Shown here one piece after another: positions 58,603 to 64,000 of a DNA stretch of 64,000 nt. Within the stretch, counting starts at the first letter, position 1, and each line of letters begins with the position of its first letter. The position numbers and the translations under genes are program-made. The notes below the pieces were generated by a model that saw only the letters and a list, made by a program, of their open reading frames with translations, was not told the DNA's origin and ran no database searches. The stretch comes from the human T2T-CHM13v2.0 reference genome, Homo sapiens: assembly GCF_009914755.1 (NCBI RefSeq), contig NC_060927.1. The stretch is one strand, 5' to 3'.

Positions 58603-59236
58603 TAAAAAAAAAATAAATCCTTTTCTATTTTTTAATGTATGTGATGAGTTTGGCACAACTCCTATTAGCGACAGGTCAGGGTTCATTCCCGTCTTTCACA
58701 AAAGCCCTGCCTGTCAGCATCCACCCTTCCCAAGCAGTTTGTGGCAGTTGGACTTTTCACACGAAATCTGTATTTTGAAGGAAATCCATGCTAGGTAATA
58801 AACTGGGAGGAGTCAGAATCTTGTTAAGCCACATTCTTCAGCTTTCTGCACAATGATCACCAGCTGGCACCTCCCTGCACCCCCGCTCCGTGCCCCACTT
58901 ACTGTCCCACGTTCATAAACAGAAACTCTCAGCCACCCCTTACGATGGCAGCGTCATGTTTGATTAGTGTGTACTGCAGCGCCAGGCACGCTTACACTCA
59001 CACACATCGTCATGGTTGATTAGTGTGTACTGCAGCGCCATGCACGCTTACACTCACTCACACTGTCATTTGCACACTCTTTATCAACAATAATAGCACT
59101 TCACAAGTAGCACTGTGGTTCATTATAATCAACCCGAGAGAGCCTGCCCTTGCCCATGAAGGGTGGCTCATACTGAAATTCACTCCCAGAGCCCTACTAG
59201 GGGAGAGGCCCACCAGGCCCTTCTAGGCCTCCTTAC

Positions 59237-59312
59237 CTGCAGAGCTCCCAGAGACCCCAACCTCCCAGCAGAAGAAGAAAAGGGGCAGAGCCAGACCCCA
59301 GAGACAGCCCAT
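59237..59312 (-). CDS. MUC20: MUC20 exon 1, coding part (signal peptide)
   Basis: ATG at 59312; MGCLWGLALPLFFFCWEVGVSGSSA-G|gtaagg; four exons total 1617 nt = 538 aa + stop. Confidence 0.96.
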
Positions 59313-59545
59313 CCTAGCCGGCCACCGCTGCTCCACAGAACTGCTGGCTGTCTCTCGCGGGTACCTTTTCCTGCTTCCTCAAACCAGGGAGGAGGGGCAG
59401 CCTCCTGCCCAGGTGTGTGACCAGGTGATCACAAATGTGCAGGCTGAGGGCTGGCAGGTTGAGGCTGTCAGCAAGCTGACCCCCCTGCCTTCCTTGCCCG
59501 GTAAACACTCCACTGAAATTTGATTTGAAGATATGGAATCACTAG
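59313..59545 (-). promoter_or_regulatory. MUC20: MUC20 5' UTR / proximal promoter
   Basis: Unique sequence between the ATG and the first upstream Alu; forkhead motif TGTTTAC at 59501-59507. Confidence 0.55.
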
Positions 59546-59546
59546 C

Positions 59547-62506
<2,960 letters not shown>

Positions 62507-62958
62507 TGTGAACCCCCCAAATCTGAGACAGGTCTCAGTTAATTTAGAAAGTTTATTGTTCCAAGGTTGAAGATGCACACCCGTGACACAGCCTCAGGAT
62601 GTCCTGACGACATGTGCCAAGGTGGTCATACGTTTTAGGGAGACATGAGACATCAATCAACACATGTAAGATGAACATTGGTTCAGTCTGGAAAAGGCCG
62701 GGCAACGCCAAGCAAACGTGGGACAACTCGCAGCCAGGAGAAAGCTTCCAGGTCACAGGTGGGTGAGAGACAAAGGTCGCATTCTTTTGAGTTTCTGATG
62801 GGCCTTTCCAAAGAAGGCAATCAGATATGCATCTATCTCAGTGAGCAGGGGGTGATTTTGAATAGAATGGGGGGCAGGTCGGCCCTAAGCCATTCCCGGC
62901 TTGACTTTCCCCTTTAGCTTAGTGACTTTGGGGGCCCAAGATTTATTTTCCTTTCACA
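62507..62958 (-). mobile_element. MER4A-like ERV1 5' LTR
   Basis: tgtgaacccc..aaatctgagacaggtctcagttaatttagaaagtttatt...atttattttcctttcaca; TG/CA termini. Confidence 0.8.
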
Positions 62959-63049
62959 AAACAATAAACATAACAAATAAGTGAATTATAGAAAGGTGAA
63001 AACTATGGAAAAAAAAGAAAAACAGGGAGAAAGAATCCTGAACACTGAC

Positions 63050-63342
63050 GTGGGGAGGGCAGGTGCCAGCTGCAGTACTAAATAGCAGAGGGGAGGGCAG
63101 GTGCCAGCTGCAGTACTAAATACTGGTGTGGGGAGGGCAGGTGCCAGCTGCAGTACTAAATACTGCTGTGCGGAGGGCAGGTGCCAGCTGCAGTACTAAA
63201 TAGCAGAGGGGAGGGCAGGTGCCAGCTGCAGTACCAAATACTGGTGTGGGGAGGGCAGGTGCCAGCTGCAGTGCGTGGGGAGGGCAGGTGCCAGCTGCAG
63301 TGTGTGGGGAGGGCAGGTGCCAGCTGCAGTACTAAATAGCGG
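63050..63342. repeat. 29-40-bp minisatellite, 8 copies (gggagggcaggtgccagctgcagtactaaata...)
   Basis: Tandem array with a constant core. Confidence 0.93.
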
Positions 63343-63499
63343 GGGAAGATTTTTTTCTGAGCAACTTTGAGTCACTGCTCACATCTCATGCCAATGTATT
63401 AATCCCAAGTCAAGGGTCAGATGAGGCACTCGGATCTCTCCAGTTGCCAACACAGCTCTTCCAAGTGTACTTTACTTCCTTTCATTCCTGCTCTAAAAC

Positions 63500-63918
63500 T
63501 TTATTTATGTATTTATTTTTGAGACAGAATCTTGCTCTGTCGCCTGGGCTGGAGTGCAGTGGCACAATCCCAGTTCACTGCAACCTCTGCCTCTGGGATC
63601 AGGCAATTCTCCTGCCTCAGCTTCCTAAGCAGCTGGGATAACAGGTGTGCACCACCGTGCTTGGCTAATTTTTTTTTTTCTTTTTTCGTATTTTTAGTAG
63701 AGATGGGGTTTCACCATATTAGCCACGATGGTCTCGTACTTCTGACCTCAGGTGATCCACCTGCTTTAGCCCCCCAAAGTGCTGGGATTACAGGTGTGAG
63801 CCACCACGCCCAGCCCTGGCCAACTTTTGTTTTTTTTGAGACAGAGTTTCATTCTTATTGCCCAGGCTGGAGTGCGATGGCCCAATCTTGGCTCACTGCA
63901 ACCTCTGCCTCCCAGGTT
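63500..63918 (-). mobile_element. Alu plus a partial Alu
   Basis: 63500-63819 full length; 63825-63918 broken off. Confidence 0.9.
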
Positions 63919-64000
63919 TGTAGGATATAATAAATTCTTCTTCAAAGGTTTTAGCCTGTAAATTGTTAAGTACAATGAGTTCTGAGATCCTCTCCAAAGA
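63919..64000. mobile_element. Probable start of an LTR inserted into an Alu (family not assigned)
   Basis: Alu breaks off at cccaggtt; new sequence begins with TG (tgtaggatataataaattc). Confidence 0.45.

Overview
Human genomic DNA from the chr3q29 mucin locus. The + strand (1-~34090) carries the 3' two-thirds of MUC4: the end of the 48-bp VNTR exon 2, then exons 3-25 (NIDO, AMOP, vWD with the GDPH cleavage site, EGF-like repeats, transmembrane helix, cytoplasmic tail). All junctions are GT-AG and in frame. The - strand (~47310-59312) carries a complete 4-exon MUC20 (538 aa, three 19-aa repeats), convergent with MUC4. MUC4 introns hold many minisatellites (15, 30/31, 32, 22, 38, 56 and 34 bp units, plus a GGT/GAT tract). 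The rest is Alu, L1, L2, MIR, MER53 and LTR elements (MLT2A-like, LTR5-like, MER4A-like with PBS and internal sequence). Repeat family names come from recalled consensus sequences, not a search. Nearly all long non-exonic ORFs in the track are repeat artefacts. I see no clearly new gene system. The best leads are possible VNTR-encoded functions: (i) intron 13 is stop-free and becomes in-frame if its 22-bp unit count changes by -1 or +2; (ii) ~33 tandem NF-kB consensus sites in intron 5; (iii) ~170 tandem 5' splice-site-like motifs and a mucin-like antisense ORF in intron 3; (iv) a GC-box island just upstream of the TM-encoding last exon.
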